Shown here in pieces: positions 62,401-64,000 of a stretch of 64,000 nt of DNA. This DNA is from Geosiphon pyriformis uo1. Taxonomy: Eukaryota; Fungi; Glomeromycota. The notes under the pieces are model-generated. The model searched no databases, was not told the origin of the DNA, and saw only the letters and a list, made by a program, of their open reading frames with translations. The stretch is taken from contig JAAOMT010000633.1 in assembly GCA_016748015.1 (NCBI GenBank), forward strand, positions 9,112 to 73,111, given 5' to 3'. The translations under genes were made by a program, and so were the position numbers. Numbering within the stretch: the first letter of the stretch is position 1; the number at the start of each line of letters is the position of its first letter.

Positions 62401-64000
62401 TCAAAGCAAGCAGGCACCAATTTGGACTTGGGAAGAGAAGAGAAAAGAAAAAGAAGAAGGACCAAAACCAGTTACTACTCCAACATATATTTTATATACT
62501 TACTCTCAACCACCACAATTATATTATTGTCAACCAAAGCTCATATGTGTTGATTGTGGTAAAAAATTGTCATCAATAAGTGCATACTATAGTAACAATG
62601 AGAAATACCTAACAGCAACTAAATTTTATTACCATCTATGCATCATTGAACACTTTGAAAGACCAAAACAAGTTGGAAAATGGGATAATGAGCTGTGCTT
62701 GGCTTGTGGTAAAACTTTTCTTGATGAAGAAATATGAAATAACATTTTTGGAAAAGAAAAACATGCGATGAATTGTGTCAGTACACAATTTTCATAAGTG
62801 ACTGAGTAAGAAAAGGAATGCCCATAGACACTGCCTAGAGATGAGCAGTCAAATGCTTGAACAAATATTCACATAATGATGACAAAATTTGGTGAATAGC
62901 TCTTGTCAAAATTAAAGAAGTGTCACCAAAAGAAATAAAGATAATCAAAAATAACTCTTCTGAGCCCATAGAATTTGACTGAGACTCAGAACCAGTTATA
63001 AACCTCCTAAATTCAGAACAATTTCATGAACACTATCAGGAATTAGCACCTACTAGAAAAGAACAAGAGCAATGGTTGGAAGAAATAAATACAAGACTAT
63101 GTGACTATTGTTTAATCCCATGTAACTTTCAATATTGTAATGAGTGTGATCTCATTTACAATCCACCAATTCACATGATTTACACGATCCCAAAAGAGGA
63201 GAAACCAATTAGCAGCTGTGCATTAGAATTGAAATCAGCTTTCAATCCCAATTCAAACTCCAACAATAACAACAATGAAAACAATAGTTCTAGCTCTGCT
63301 CAATATGACAATAGAAAATATAGCAATTTGAACTCTGATTTAAAACCCAAAACATACATTGCACTCCCTGATCTCACCAAAGAACAGGAACTTAAATGGT
63401 TTAGTGATAATAATAAAGGTATTATGCCAGAATACACACATGATACTGATACAAGGTTTGATCTGAGATATTTGGAAAAAAATTCCATCAAATTAGAACT
63501 CTATTTGCACACCTGCCTTAATCTCAAAATAACACTGGAAATTCTAGCAACAACAATGGTTCAGTTAGCATCTAGGAGTAGTTTAGCCAAAAAGAAAATC
63601 AACATCAGAAGAAGAATAATTGATGCAGAATACATAAGAAATATTATTGCAATGCTACAAAATAACTCAGAAAAGACATATATCATAGATCTAAATAAAA
63701 AAATAGCACAAACAATATTCCTGCCTCTGGTTAAAATAGCTCAATTAGTATTAGTGAGAAACAAGAAAGAATTAAAGATCACAGCTAAAAAAATACAGGG
63801 ATTTGGATCCACAAGTAGAATAAATGTACCAGTTAATATGGCAGAGAAAGAAATTATTGACAAGAAAGAAATTATTTCCACCCATCAACCAATTTCTATT
63901 CTATTATATGACCAGTACATGGTAGTCATAGAAAGAAAAGTAAAAGATCAGATACAGATTTTTGAAGTAGAAGCAACACTTTGTGAATCAGAAAAGATCG
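59431..64000 (+). pseudogene. gag-pol: E7 ORF1 (partial): Gag-PR-Cys-rich-dUTPase
   Basis: MAFAPIAKLEKF, CHYCGKQKHLRIDC, LILDSRSAGSII, RFDLRY, RSSLA, QGFGSTS. Confidence 0.9.

Larger units (their letters stand above)
58573..64000 (+). mobile_element. E7: Ty3/Gypsy element, family beta, running off the window
   Basis: LTR, PBS at 59371, gag, PR, Cys-rich domain and dUTPase (~63420-63815). Confidence 0.92.

Overview
Very AT-rich eukaryotic DNA, most consistent with a Glomeromycotina (arbuscular-mycorrhizal-type) fungus. That assignment is an inference from a kinase-tail motif, intron style and repeat decay. From 5140 to the window end the sequence is one 'Russian-doll' nest of decayed Ty3/Gypsy LTR retrotransposons from three families (here alpha, beta, gamma). 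Reconstructed order, outer to inner: alpha LTR L0 (5140) > E1 gamma (+, ~5652) > E2 beta (+, 12640) > E3 alpha (-, 14539-53415) > E4 beta (-, 20024-49682) > E5 beta (+, 22581-42100) > E6 alpha (+, 27263-36610). E7 beta (+, 58573-end) is a second insertion into E2. The four complete insertions have TGTTAC...GTAACA-type termini and 4-bp target-site duplications. The most unusual feature is the shared gene layout: a single ORF1 (Gag-protease-Cys-rich domain-dUTPase-RT-RNase H) that stops after RNase H, then a separate integrase ORF with its own start codon, then a third conserved non-Env ORF of about 210-220 aa ending at the PPT. All copies are inactivated by C>T/G>A hypermutation that increases outward through the nest. 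The first 5 kb holds an older LTR relic, DNA-transposon-like termini and the 3' exons of a broken host kinase-like gene. Two assembly gaps lie inside E6. All alignments and counts were done by eye.
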